Assembly: GCA_965199495.1 (NCBI GenBank)
Contig: CBDASK010000003.1
Coordinates: 2,816,001 to 2,880,000 of the forward strand
DNA length: 64,000 bases
Direction: 5' to 3'
Source: Abditibacterium sp.
GTDB taxonomy: Bacteria > Armatimonadota > Abditibacteriia > Abditibacteriales > Abditibacteriaceae
Shown: piece by piece, positions 29,544 through 38,398 of the stretch
Layout of the letters: each line of letters opens with the position of its first letter
Position numbering within the stretch: position 1 is the first letter of the stretch
Made by a program: the position numbers and the translations under genes
Notes under the pieces: generated by a model
The model's database searches: none
What the model was told of the DNA's origin: nothing
Seen by the model: the letters and a program-made list of their open reading frames with translations, nothing else

Positions 29544-30422
29544 TCACCGCAATGCGTCCGCGTAATCGCGCGCGAAGTCGGCGAAATTGCGCGGCGCGTG
29601 CCCGGTCACATCAGCCACGTCGGACGTGATCTGCGCGGCTTCGCTCTGGCTCCAGTGGGCGTATTCTTCCAACAGTCCGTCGGCCTGCCACGCGGGGAAG
29701 CCAGCGCCGACCAAACTTTGGCGCATTTCGGCGGGCGTGACGTTGACGTAGGTAATCTCGTGGCCCAAAGCCTGCGAAAGTTGCGCGGCCATTTCTCCGT
29801 GCGTCAGGGCTTGCGGCCCAGTGATGTCGTAAGTTTTGTTTTCGTGCCCCGCTTGCGTCAGTGCCAGAAACGCGATGTCCATGATGTCGCGAATATCCAC
29901 GATGCTGATTGCGCCTTCGCCCATCGGCGCCGGAAACATCCGCTTCGATTTAATCAGATCGGCAAAACCCAATACGCTCTGCATGAACAGGTTGGGCCGC
30001 AAAAAAGTGTGGGCGATTCCACTATTTTGAATCGCCTGTTCGACGCGGGCATGATAGCGCAAAAAGCGCGCGCTGGAATTGGTCGCGGCGTCGAGTTGCG
30101 ATAATTTAACGATGTGCGCGACGCCGCTCTGTCGCGCGATTTCTACGAAATCCAACTGTTGCTGCTGCGCGTCTTCGGTCGAATTAGAAAGCAAAAACGC
30201 TTTTTCGATGCCTTCGAGTGCGGCCTTCAAAGTTTCGGGTTTGCCAAAATCGCCTTCGACGATTTGTGTCGTGGGCGATTCGATGGCTCCGGCGTGGCTG
30301 GCCTTACGCGTCATGGCGCGCACGGGAATTTGGTGGGCGGTGAATCGTTGCATCAGTTCGGTGCCGTTGCTGCCCGTCGCGCCCGTTATCAGAATCGTTG
30401 GTTGAGAGGAATGATTTGCCAT
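29544..30422 (-). CDS. NmrA-like / SDR NAD(P)-binding oxidoreductase
   Basis: ILITGATGSNG Rossmann motif; LRPNLFMQ; VDIRDI; YDITGP. Confidence 0.92.
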   Translation of the reverse strand: MANHSSQPTILITGATGSNGTELMQRFTAHQIPVRAMTRKASHAGAIESPTTQIVEGDFGKPETLKAALEGIEKAFLLSNSTEDAQQQQLDFVEIARQSGVAHIVKLSQLDAATNSSARFLRYHARVEQAIQNSGIAHTFLRPNLFMQSVLGFADLIKSKRMFPAPMGEGAISIVDIRDIMDIAFLALTQAGHENKTYDITGPQALTHGEMAAQLSQALGHEITYVNVTPAEMRQSLVGAGFPAWQADGLLEEYAHWSQSEAAQITSDVADVTGHAPRNFADFARDYADALR

Positions 30423-30497
30423 TGTTTTCTCCGGCGTAAAATTAGCGCCAGAAAACAGCATGGCAAAGATCAAATTATTCCGTAAGGAGGCACATTG

Positions 30498-30878
30498 ATG
30501 TCACTTAATAACTTGAAAGTCAGCGAACTAACTTTGGAAGAATGTATCAGCGTGCGCGAGATTTTAGATCGCGTTGGCGACCGGTGGAGCATTTACATCG
30601 TGGCGCAACTGCGCGAAGGCCCACAACGATTCAATCATCTCAAGCGCGTCATCGAGGGCATTTCGCAACGCATGCTGACGCTGACTTTACGCGGTCTGGA
30701 GCGCGATGGCCTGATTTCGCGCACCGTCTATCCCACCAAACCGCCGCAGGTCGAATATGCCCTGACGTCGCTCGGTGAATCTATGGCGCAAGCTCTCGCG
30801 GTTTTGCTGAACTGGGCCGACGAACATCGCTCCGAAATAACGCGCGCCCGCGCCGCTTACGACGAACGCGCGCTTTAA
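30498..30878 (+). CDS. HxlR-family winged-helix regulator
   Basis: [33 protein letters not shown] and PPQVEYALT; divergent from the oxidoreductase. Confidence 0.93.
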   Translation: MSLNNLKVSELTLEECISVREILDRVGDRWSIYIVAQLREGPQRFNHLKRVIEGISQRMLTLTLRGLERDGLISRTVYPTKPPQVEYALTSLGESMAQALAVLLNWADEHRSEITRARAAYDERAL

Positions 30879-30891
30879 ATCGCGCGCCATT

Positions 30892-32517
30892 TCATTTGCG
30901 CGAGGCCGTGCGAAGCGGATACATTTCTTCGAGCCAGACCATCACTTTTTGCAGCATCGGGAGGGGCATCGTCTGGCGCGATTGGCCGAAGGTTTTGACC
31001 ACGCGTTTGTTGGTTTCGCCCCACGTTTTCTCGAACAGCATCGCGTCAACGTGCTTGCAATAGGTTTGAATGGACTCGCGCAATTCGGCTTCCTGCTGCG
31101 AAGGCGTTAGAACCGGTTCGTTCGATGGTTCGGCGTTCTCAACTGTTTGCGGTTGTGGCCCGACGCGGCTCCAACGGCGGGTCAATCCCGCCGAACCGAC
31201 GGGCGTAATCGAGCGACGTTCGCCCGGTTCGAGCGGCGCGGCGCGTTCGATTTCTTCGATTTCGTCTTCTTCCAGGCGCTGCTTAATCGCGACCAATTGT
31301 TCGTCCTGCATGCGCGTGATGATGTCACACATCAAGCGGTCGTCGGGCACATAAACAAAGGCCATCTGCTCTTCCCACGGCCCGGCGGGCGCGTCGAATC
31401 GGGTGGCGCGCGCGATCATCTGCTCGATCCACGGCTTGCTGCGAATGTGCGTCAAGCACGCGATGTGCGTGACCGGCGGCACGTCCAAACCTTCGTAGGC
31501 CATCGCGACCGTGACCAAACAACCGAGCGCCATCGGGGTGTCTATCTCCTTAAATTTGGCGATATTCTTCGCCGCCAGCGCCGAGTCGTCCGACGTGGCT
31601 ATGGCGCACTTGATGCCGTTGCGTTGCAAATGCTCCAGATATTTTTTGGCGTCCTCGATGTTCGCCACGACCGCCAACATCTTGGCGCGCGGATGCCCCA
31701 TGCGATAGTGATTCCAGTGCCCGACGCATTCGTCCAACAGATGAAAACCGAACTCGGTTTTCAAAGCCGTATAAATCGCTTCGTTGGTGTCTTTGCCCGC
31801 CGTGCTGATGCGCGTGCCATAAGTTTTGCCGTCGTGCCCAATCCACGACGCCTCGCCGTCCATCAACTCGAAGTGAATCGGCGTAATCGCTTTGTCGAAC
31901 AAAGCGTTGGCGCGGCTGTATTGAATCGAAGCCGCGCCGCCGCGCCCGGATAAATCCACGATTTCGCCGTTCATGCTTTGCCCGTAAGGCAAAAACGCGA
32001 TCTTTTTGCGGTTGCCGCGTTCGAGCGTGCCCGACATGAAAACTGTCATCGCCGCGCGCTTGACCAAAGGCGCCAACGCCGCTTCCCACGCGCCGCCTTC
32101 CTCGACGTGATGCGGTTCGTCCAAAATTAAAACGTAGCGCCGCGCCGAAAACTCTTCGATGAGAAAGCTGTTGTTGGCGCCAATCGCCTGATAAGTCGTG
32201 CAAAACCCGCTCAGCCCGCGACACGGATCGAGTTCGCCGGTCGTTTTGCGGATCAGATGTTGGCTGCCCAAAATCGTGCGCGAGCGGCCATTGGCGAACT
32301 CGTATTCGGCCTGTTCCTGCAAACTGCGGCGCGGCACGATCCACGCGATGCGATCAGCCACGGCGGGCAGTAACACGTTGGCGGCGATGACGGGCAACAT
32401 GGATTTGCCGCCGCCGGGCGTAATCGAGCAGATAATCGAGCGCACATTCGTGACTTGCCCGGTGGCAATCTCAAAACAAAGCTGGCCAAACGAATCCTGA
32501 TGCGCACGAAAAGACAC
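30892..32517 (-). CDS. Superfamily 2 DExH helicase-like ATPase (ResIII/DEAD-type)
   Basis: Walker A TPGGGKS; TTYQ; Walker B ILDEPHH; motif III SGT; EGLDVP; motif VI QMIARATR. Confidence 0.88.
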   Translation of the reverse strand: MSFRAHQDSFGQLCFEIATGQVTNVRSIICSITPGGGKSMLPVIAANVLLPAVADRIAWIVPRRSLQEQAEYEFANGRSRTILGSQHLIRKTTGELDPCRGLSGFCTTYQAIGANNSFLIEEFSARRYVLILDEPHHVEEGGAWEAALAPLVKRAAMTVFMSGTLERGNRKKIAFLPYGQSMNGEIVDLSGRGGAASIQYSRANALFDKAITPIHFELMDGEASWIGHDGKTYGTRISTAGKDTNEAIYTALKTEFGFHLLDECVGHWNHYRMGHPRAKMLAVVANIEDAKKYLEHLQRNGIKCAIATSDDSALAAKNIAKFKEIDTPMALGCLVTVAMAYEGLDVPPVTHIACLTHIRSKPWIEQMIARATRFDAPAGPWEEQMAFVYVPDDRLMCDIITRMQDEQLVAIKQRLEEDEIEEIERAAPLEPGERRSITPVGSAGLTRRWSRVGPQPQTVENAEPSNEPVLTPSQQEAELRESIQTYCKHVDAMLFEKTWGETNKRVVKTFGQSRQTMPLPMLQKVMVWLEEMYPLRTASRK

Positions 32518-32627
32518 GGGGAAAGGATAAAGGATGAGGGCGCAAGGATAAAGGGGAATTCGCGAAATAGCGTTAAAGTTAATGAGGCGAAACCGAGAAA
32601 CCGCTTTATTCTAACGCACTTTAAGTT

Positions 32628-32779
32628 GAGCGGTACAGGTTCAATTGTCATTCCGAGCGCAGCCGAGGAATCTTACGGCCCCGCGCCAGCGGAATTTTGA
32701 ATCACTTCTCACTTTCGCTGCCGCGAGGGCGTAAGATTCCTCGGCTGCGCTCGGAATGACAATTGAACCTGTACCGCTC
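32628..32779. repeat. REP-like inverted-repeat doublet, perfect 50-bp arms, 52-bp spacer (GTCATTCC..GGAATC type)
   Basis: 32628-32677 is the reverse complement of 32730-32779. Confidence 0.95.
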
Positions 32780-32835
32780 GCTTATTGCGTTCGCCTTGAG
32801 AAATGGCTTAGCGTTCTAATTTTGAACAGCATTCT

Positions 32836-33198
32836 CTATTCTCGGCCTGCCTGCGCGAGCCATTCGATTTCGACGCGCGCATTCTGGCATTCGCACGCCC
32901 GTTGGGTTGGCGCGTCGAAGAGGGATTCGACGATGAAATATTTGCGCCCATCGTTCGACAAGTTGCGCGCGTGATTTAGTTCGCGCCCGCAATGTTGGCA
33001 ACGGGCGACGCCGCGCCATAAAGTCGGCGGACGGCGGCGACGACCGGGCAGCAACGCGTCGGGGCCGCTCGGCGTGCCATCGCGGTCGCCCGCACGACGT
33101 TTGGCGAGACGGCGCTCCAACTCATTCGGGTAAAGCGGATGAGCGGCTTCGGGATGGAAGTCAATGAAACGACGACCGACCAAGCGACGTTCTATCAT
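32836..33198 (-). CDS. Small basic putative zinc-ribbon protein
   Basis: 120 aa; CQHC ... CEC; TATACT upstream on the minus strand. Confidence 0.6.
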   Translation of the reverse strand: MIERRLVGRRFIDFHPEAAHPLYPNELERRLAKRRAGDRDGTPSGPDALLPGRRRRPPTLWRGVARCQHCGRELNHARNLSNDGRKYFIVESLFDAPTQRACECQNARVEIEWLAQAGRE

Positions 33199-33352
33199 AA
33201 ATCGTCCACAGTATAAGAAGAAAATTTAGCTTGCGAACACCGACATTTACGGGGCATAACTAAAATTAAGGCCGACGCCGTGGCTGCATTGGCTGGCTCG
33301 AAAAACGCGCAGAAGTTTTTGATTCGTTGAAGCCAAAACAGCAACCACGACG

Positions 33353-33379
33353 GGAACCTGTCGGGGAAAAGTGGCGTCT
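33353..33379 (+). promoter_or_regulatory. Putative ECF-sigma promoter upstream of 6S RNA
   Basis: GGAAC (33353-57), 17-nt spacer, CGTCT (33375-79); about 10 nt before the predicted 6S 5' stem. Confidence 0.45.
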
Positions 33380-33388
33380 GTTTCGGCT

Positions 33389-33587
33389 CTGCTGCGTTTG
33401 GTGATGTCCCACTAAGTTTTGAGCCTACACCAATCTCTACGGGAATTTAGCTCTTTGGCCGGGACGCCGCTTGTGGATGCCCTCACGGGTTATGGACTTG
33501 TCCAGACTGCAATGGCGCAAGGGCTTTGGGGCGGTGCCCACCTGCTTCCAAGCGGGTTCAACAACTTGAGGACACACGGCGTGGCGG
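33389..33587 (+). ncRNA. ssrS: 6S RNA
   Basis: About 200 nt; the ends pair (CTGCTGCGTT with GGCGTGGCGG, GTCC with GGAC); contains GCCCACCTGC..GCGGGTTCAA..ACGGC as recalled from Firmicutes-type 6S RNAs; followed by a hairpin and T-tract. Confidence 0.8.
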
Positions 33588-33604
33588 TATTCTCTCATAA
33601 TTCA

Positions 33605-33637
33605 GCGCGAAATGGCAATCGTCGTTTCGCGTTTTTT
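33605..33637 (+). terminator. Putative terminator after 6S RNA
   Basis: GCGCGAAATGGC..GTCGTTTCGCGTTTTTT. Confidence 0.65.
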
Positions 33638-33747
33638 GTTTTGTAGAGACGCCGATTTATCGCATCTAAAACGTTGAAACTCCTGCAAAATTTGACGGGT
33701 TCATTCCCATCTTAAAGATGCGATAAATCGGCGTCTCTACAAAACAA
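33636..33747. repeat. GTAG-type REP doublet (REPIN-like), 32-bp arms, 48-bp spacer
   Basis: TTGTTTTGTAGAGACGCCGATTTATCGCATCT at 33636-33667 and its complement at 33716-33747. Confidence 0.92.
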
Positions 33748-33752
33748 CCGTT

Positions 33753-35108
33753 ATGCCTCAACTTTCGCGTGGCCAAAAATCGAAATTGGCCGATCTGACT
33801 CCGGCTTTGCAACTGCGCGCCCAAATTGCGGCGCAGGCGGGCGGCCTGACTTTCGATTATTCGTGCTTTGGCATTGACCAAAACGGCCAGTTATCCGACG
33901 ACCGCTATTTCGTTTTTTATAACCAAACGTCGTCGCCCGAAGGTGCGATTCAACTGGAGAGCGTGGGCGTTTTCGATTTAGATTTAAGCCGCGTGCCCGC
34001 TTCAATCTCGCGTTTGGTTTTCGTGGCGACGATTGACGGCAACGGCACAATGGCGAACTTGCAATCGGGCGCCTTTACTCTATCGGCGAACGGCAACGAA
34101 GTCGCGCGTTTTGAATTGCGCGGCGGCGATTATGGCGCCGAAAAAGCGATCATGGTCGCCGAAATTTATAAGAAAGATGTGTGGCGCGTGGCTGCTGTCG
34201 GGCAAGGTTTCGCGGGCGGATTGGACGCGGTGTTAAAACATTTCGGCGGCGAAGCGACGGAAGAAACGCCGCAAATTACGCTACCGCCAACAGCAGCCAC
34301 GCCGCCCGCGCCGCCAAAAGCGCCGGTGAATCTCAAGAAAGTCGAGTTGGAAAAGAAAATGGAGCGTCAAGCGCCGCAGTTGGTTTCGCTGGCGAAAAAG
34401 GCGACGGTTTCGCTGGAGAAAGTCGGGCTTGCGCAGCACGTCGCCAAAGTCGCGCTTTGCCTCGATATTTCGGCTTCGATGAGCGGACTTTACCATTCGG
34501 GCGCGATTCAAAAGTTCGCCGAAAAAGTGTTGGCGCTGGGCACGCGTTTCGACGACGACGGCGCCATTGATATTTTTCTGTTTGGCGCGGGCGCTCACGA
34601 AGCGGGCGAAATGAACGTGGATAATTTTTCCAACTTCATCGGCCAAATTCAGCGCCAATATCCGCTCGAAGGCGGCACCAATTACGCGGGGGCAATGAGG
34701 CTCATTCGCCAACATTATTTTGGGCATTGCGAGCGCGGCGTGCCGCTCAAACAAAAAGTTCCGGTTTACGTGATGTTCCTGACCGATGGCGCGACATCCG
34801 ACGAAAACGGCGCTCGCCAGCAAGTCCAAGATTCGAGTTACGAACCCTTGTTCTGGCAATTCATGGGACTGGGCAAATCGAAAAAAGATGTGAAAAAGTC
34901 GGGCGGCGGATTTTGGGCCAAAGCCTTCGCTTCGGATTTTACGTTTCTCGAAGAACTCGATAATATGGGCGGGCGCTATGTGGATAACGCCAACTTTTTC
35001 AGCGTCGCTAACCCCGACGATTTGCCCGATGACGAACTTTACGATTTGCTAATGAGCGAATATCCCGATTGGGTCAAGGCCGCGCCCGGCAAAGGTTTGT
35101 TGGGCTGA
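33753..35108 (+). CDS. TerD-domain plus vWA-domain stress protein
   Basis: LSRGQK, FVFYNQ..SPEG and WRVAAVGQGFAGGL (TerD fold); MIDAS LDISASM, GGTNYA, FLTDG, FWQFMG and VDNANFF (vWA). Confidence 0.9.
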   Translation: MPQLSRGQKSKLADLTPALQLRAQIAAQAGGLTFDYSCFGIDQNGQLSDDRYFVFYNQTSSPEGAIQLESVGVFDLDLSRVPASISRLVFVATIDGNGTMANLQSGAFTLSANGNEVARFELRGGDYGAEKAIMVAEIYKKDVWRVAAVGQGFAGGLDAVLKHFGGEATEETPQITLPPTAATPPAPPKAPVNLKKVELEKKMERQAPQLVSLAKKATVSLEKVGLAQHVAKVALCLDISASMSGLYHSGAIQKFAEKVLALGTRFDDDGAIDIFLFGAGAHEAGEMNVDNFSNFIGQIQRQYPLEGGTNYAGAMRLIRQHYFGHCERGVPLKQKVPVYVMFLTDGATSDENGARQQVQDSSYEPLFWQFMGLGKSKKDVKKSGGGFWAKAFASDFTFLEELDNMGGRYVDNANFFSVANPDDLPDDELYDLLMSEYPDWVKAAPGKGLLG

Positions 35109-35146
35109 ACTGGTAAAATATAAGACGATTCAAAGGAGAAAATATC

Positions 35147-35728
35147 ATGGCAATTTCACTGGCTAAAGGCCAAAAAATCAGTCTGGAAAAAGAGGCGGGC
35201 GGTTCGCTCACCGATATCGTGATGGGTTTGGGTTGGGACGTGGCTCAGGTCAAGGGATTTCTGGGCAAAATGAAAGAGGGTGCGGCGGTTGACCTCGACG
35301 CTTCGTGCGTTTTGTTCGACGAGAGCGGACAGCAACTTGATCAAGTCTGGTTTTCGCAACTCACCTCGAAAGACGGCTCGATCATTCACACCGGCGACAA
35401 TTTGACCGGCGCGGGCGATGGCGACGATGAACAGATCATCGTGCAACTGTCCAAAGTTCCGAGCAATGTAAAATCGCTCGTTTTCGTGGTCAACTCGTTT
35501 ACTGGCCAGAACTTTTCGCAAATCGAAAACGCGTTTTGCCGTATCGTCAATGGCTCGAATAATCAGGAAATCGCGCGCTATAATTTGTCATCGCAGGGCA
35601 ATCATAACGCGCAGATTATGGCTAAGGTTTATCGTCACAACGGTGAATGGAAAATGCACGCCATCGGCGAAATCGCGACTGGCCGCACCTTCCACGATTT
35701 AATGCCCGCGATGAAGGCCGTTTTGTAG
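35147..35728 (+). CDS. terD: TerD/TerZ-family stress protein
   Basis: ISLAKGQKISL, GLGWD, DLDAS, HTGDNLTGAGDGDDEQI and YRHNGEWKMHAIG; SD AAGGAG upstream. Confidence 0.9.
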   Translation: MAISLAKGQKISLEKEAGGSLTDIVMGLGWDVAQVKGFLGKMKEGAAVDLDASCVLFDESGQQLDQVWFSQLTSKDGSIIHTGDNLTGAGDGDDEQIIVQLSKVPSNVKSLVFVVNSFTGQNFSQIENAFCRIVNGSNNQEIARYNLSSQGNHNAQIMAKVYRHNGEWKMHAIGEIATGRTFHDLMPAMKAVL

Positions 35729-35729
35729 A

Positions 35730-35831
35730 GAGGAACAAGGAGCAAGAAACAGGGAACAAGGTCGGAAACTTGAAATTTGTAGAACGTTTGCGAAGTTCTC
35801 CCTTGCTCCTTGTTCCTCGTCCCTTGTTCCC
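35730..35831. repeat. Inverted heptamer-like tandem repeats (GGAACAA type)
   Basis: GGAACAAGGAGCAAGAAACAGGGAACAAGG ... CCTTGCTCCTTGTTCCTCGTCCCTTGTTCC, inside the ter operon. Confidence 0.8.
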
Positions 35832-36827
35832 ATGACTTCAGCGACGCATTTGTTGCAGGTCGAGCGCGACAGCAATCCGTTGCGGCGCTTTGGCCACGCC
35901 TCGCCGTTTATCGGCAAATTGGGGCCGCTCGACTGTGCGCGTTTAGACCAAATCGGCCAATTGACGCGCGCGGCGTTGCCCGATTTGCCTCAGCCGACTT
36001 TGGTCATCGGCATGACCGAATCGAGTTTGCTGCTGGCATTCTGGATGGCGCTGTGGCAGCAAAAGCCGGTGGATTTGCGCTTTACCTCGCGCAAAATTCG
36101 TCAGGGCGACGCGCGCAAAATCGCGTTTCAGGAGCCGCACTCGCACGGGCCGCAGCATTATTTGGCACTGGAAAACGACGCGAAATACGCGCAAATCGTA
36201 ATTATCGAAGACGAACTCACGACGGGCGCGACGCTACGCAACTTGATTTTGGCGCTCGAAGGCGTTGCGGATAAAGTTTGGGTGGCGACGTTGCGTGATA
36301 TGCGTTCGCCGCAATTGCGCGCCGAATTAACCGCCGAAATGAAAGCGCGCGGCGTCCAGTTGGAAGTGATTTCGCTCGATACGCTCGACGTTGATTTGCC
36401 GGTCGAAGTCACGCCGATTCGCCCGCACTTCAATCCGTTTGGGCGCGCCGAACTCGACCGAATCCGTGCGCAGTGCGAATTGGAAGCGCAATGGAAAAGT
36501 TTCGCGCCCGCTCAGATTTATCTGATCGGTGAATGTGTGGACATCGCGCTGCAATGGTGGCTGCAATTGCCGGTTGAAAGTCGGCCCGAATTGCGACAAA
36601 TCACGCGTAGCCCGTGGCAGGTGGACGGCGTGGCTGTTGTGTCGCGCCAAACTTTTGCGGCGCCGAATCAGGGTTCGCGCTATTTTTTGTATAATTTCGA
36701 GCCGCCGCGAAACGGGCGCGTTCTGTGGATCGCCGAAAACAGTAACGCTTCGGTCGGCGCGCTGGCGAGCGATTGGTTCGCGTCGCAGGGCATCGAGGCG
36801 CGCGGCATTGTGGTGGCCGGGACTTAA
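35832..36827 (+). CDS. Ter-associated phosphoribosyltransferase with TRSP C-terminal domain
   Basis: VIGMTES, FQEPHSH, PRPP-binding loop IIEDELTTGATL and QITRSPW. Confidence 0.82.
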   Translation: MTSATHLLQVERDSNPLRRFGHASPFIGKLGPLDCARLDQIGQLTRAALPDLPQPTLVIGMTESSLLLAFWMALWQQKPVDLRFTSRKIRQGDARKIAFQEPHSHGPQHYLALENDAKYAQIVIIEDELTTGATLRNLILALEGVADKVWVATLRDMRSPQLRAELTAEMKARGVQLEVISLDTLDVDLPVEVTPIRPHFNPFGRAELDRIRAQCELEAQWKSFAPAQIYLIGECVDIALQWWLQLPVESRPELRQITRSPWQVDGVAVVSRQTFAAPNQGSRYFLYNFEPPRNGRVLWIAENSNASVGALASDWFASQGIEARGIVVAGT

Positions 36828-36833
36828 GAATCC

Positions 36834-37883
36834 ATGCAAAACGATATTCAAACGCCCTGGCCAAACCTGCGACTTTACGCGCGCGATTGCGGCCTCGTTA
36901 ATCCTTATGACGACGCAAATACCGAATTATTTCGTGGTGAAGAAGCCTTTGCGCCCGACGTGGCTGGTTGGAAGCGGTGGAGCAAACCTTCGCCCGAACC
37001 GAAATTAGACGCCGAATTCGAGCCGATTACGCTCGCTTCGATTGCGCATCAGGCACCGCAAATCAACGCGATGGCGCGCTATTTAGCGATGAAAATCGTC
37101 GCGGCCAATTTCGACAAACCACCTGTTTTGATCGCGATCTTGCGCGCGGGCGCGCCGATTTGCGCGTTGTTGGCGCCGATTTTAAGCGAACATTATCAAC
37201 AAGAAATTCCGATTTGCGCGTTTTCAATGTTTTACGGTTTGGGGTGGGACGAAATCGCGCTGGAACAAATCTTAGCCGATTTTCCGAATCACACGCCGAT
37301 TTTCGTGGACGGCTGGACGAGCGGCGGCGGCGTGGCGACACAAATTAAATTATCATTCGACGAATGGATTGCGAGTGGCAAACCCGATTTTACCGAGGGG
37401 CGCGGCCCGCAATTCGCGGTTTTATGCGATCCGCGCGGAGTGGCGACATATTCGGCGATTCGCGCCGATTTTTGGGTGCCTTCGGCGGCGTTTACCGCGC
37501 CCGAAACGTTGGGGTTTTCGCGCGGTTTCGCGAGGGAAGATGGCGGTTTGTTCGGCGTTTATCGGTTTCCCGCGTCGCAACTCAAGCCACATTGGATTAA
37601 AAGTTGGCTCGATGTATTGAACACGCCGCTCACATCTTTGCCGCCCGACGATGCAGCCACGGCGGCTTTGCCGCCCGATGGTTTTCGCCTTCACGTCAAT
37701 GAAGTAACGCGCGCTTTAATCAATCGCGATCCGCTCGAAATCTGGCTGCGCCCAGCCGAAGACGAAGCGCGCCAAACGTTGGCGCCATTGATTTATCTGG
37801 CGTATAAACGCGGCGTGCCCGTTGAATTTGGGCGCGCAGAGTTGGCAAATTGGGGCGCTCTGGCTGTGGCGCGCATGAAATGA
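36834..37883 (+). CDS. StiP-family (Ter-associated PRTase-like) protein with PELOTA-like C-terminal domain
   Basis: PVLIAILRAGAPI, FVDGWT, VLCDP, DFWVPSA and NEVTRALINRDP. Confidence 0.8.
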   Translation: MQNDIQTPWPNLRLYARDCGLVNPYDDANTELFRGEEAFAPDVAGWKRWSKPSPEPKLDAEFEPITLASIAHQAPQINAMARYLAMKIVAANFDKPPVLIAILRAGAPICALLAPILSEHYQQEIPICAFSMFYGLGWDEIALEQILADFPNHTPIFVDGWTSGGGVATQIKLSFDEWIASGKPDFTEGRGPQFAVLCDPRGVATYSAIRADFWVPSAAFTAPETLGFSRGFAREDGGLFGVYRFPASQLKPHWIKSWLDVLNTPLTSLPPDDAATAALPPDGFRLHVNEVTRALINRDPLEIWLRPAEDEARQTLAPLIYLAYKRGVPVEFGRAELANWGALAVARMK

Positions 37884-38395
37884 AATCTCCGCTTTCGCAT
37901 CGCAAATTGGGCGCGCTCGATTGGTTTTGTCTGCGCGCCATCCATTTTTATCAGCGCCATTTATCGCCGCGCAAAGGTTATCGTTGCGCCTATGCGCGCT
38001 TGTATGGCGGCGGCGGATGTTCGGGTTTTGCGCGCGATGCGATTGCGCAGTTGGGCTGGCACGCCGCGCGGGCACCGATTCGCGCGCGCTTTGTCGAGTG
38101 CAAATTAGCGGGGCAAACGTTGCGTGCGCAATTCGAGTTGGACAAGCCGAGCGATTTAAAACAGGGCGAACATGATTTGACGCAGAGTAAAAAGCGCAGT
38201 TGGCACGACCGCTTCGGCGATGCGTGTTGCGTGGATTTGAGTTGGTTTATGTGCGCCGATTCGCTCTGCGACGGCAGCGCGTGCGAAGCGCTCTCGTGCG
38301 CCGATGCGTCGTGCGCACACGGCGCCCTCGCCGATGCCGCGTGTGCCGACGCGTCCTGCGCCGAAGCGGCGTGCGGTTGCCATTCGTGCTTTTAG
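37880..38395 (+). CDS. YidD-like (haemolytic-domain) protein with Cys-rich periodic tail
   Basis: AIHFYQRHLSPRKGYRCAY..CS; ATGA overlap with the upstream stop; 12 Cys in the C-terminal tail. Confidence 0.8.
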   Translation: MKSPLSHRKLGALDWFCLRAIHFYQRHLSPRKGYRCAYARLYGGGGCSGFARDAIAQLGWHAARAPIRARFVECKLAGQTLRAQFELDKPSDLKQGEHDLTQSKKRSWHDRFGDACCVDLSWFMCADSLCDGSACEALSCADASCAHGALADAACADASCAEAACGCHSCF

Positions 38396-38398
38396 ATT

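Noticed and set aside
30892..32517. Helicase as a restriction-modification subunit or Cas3
   Set aside because: No methyltransferase, specificity subunit, HD domain or cas genes nearby.
33419..33646. 75-aa ORF
   Set aside because: It overlaps the predicted 6S RNA, has a TTG start and no recognisable protein features.
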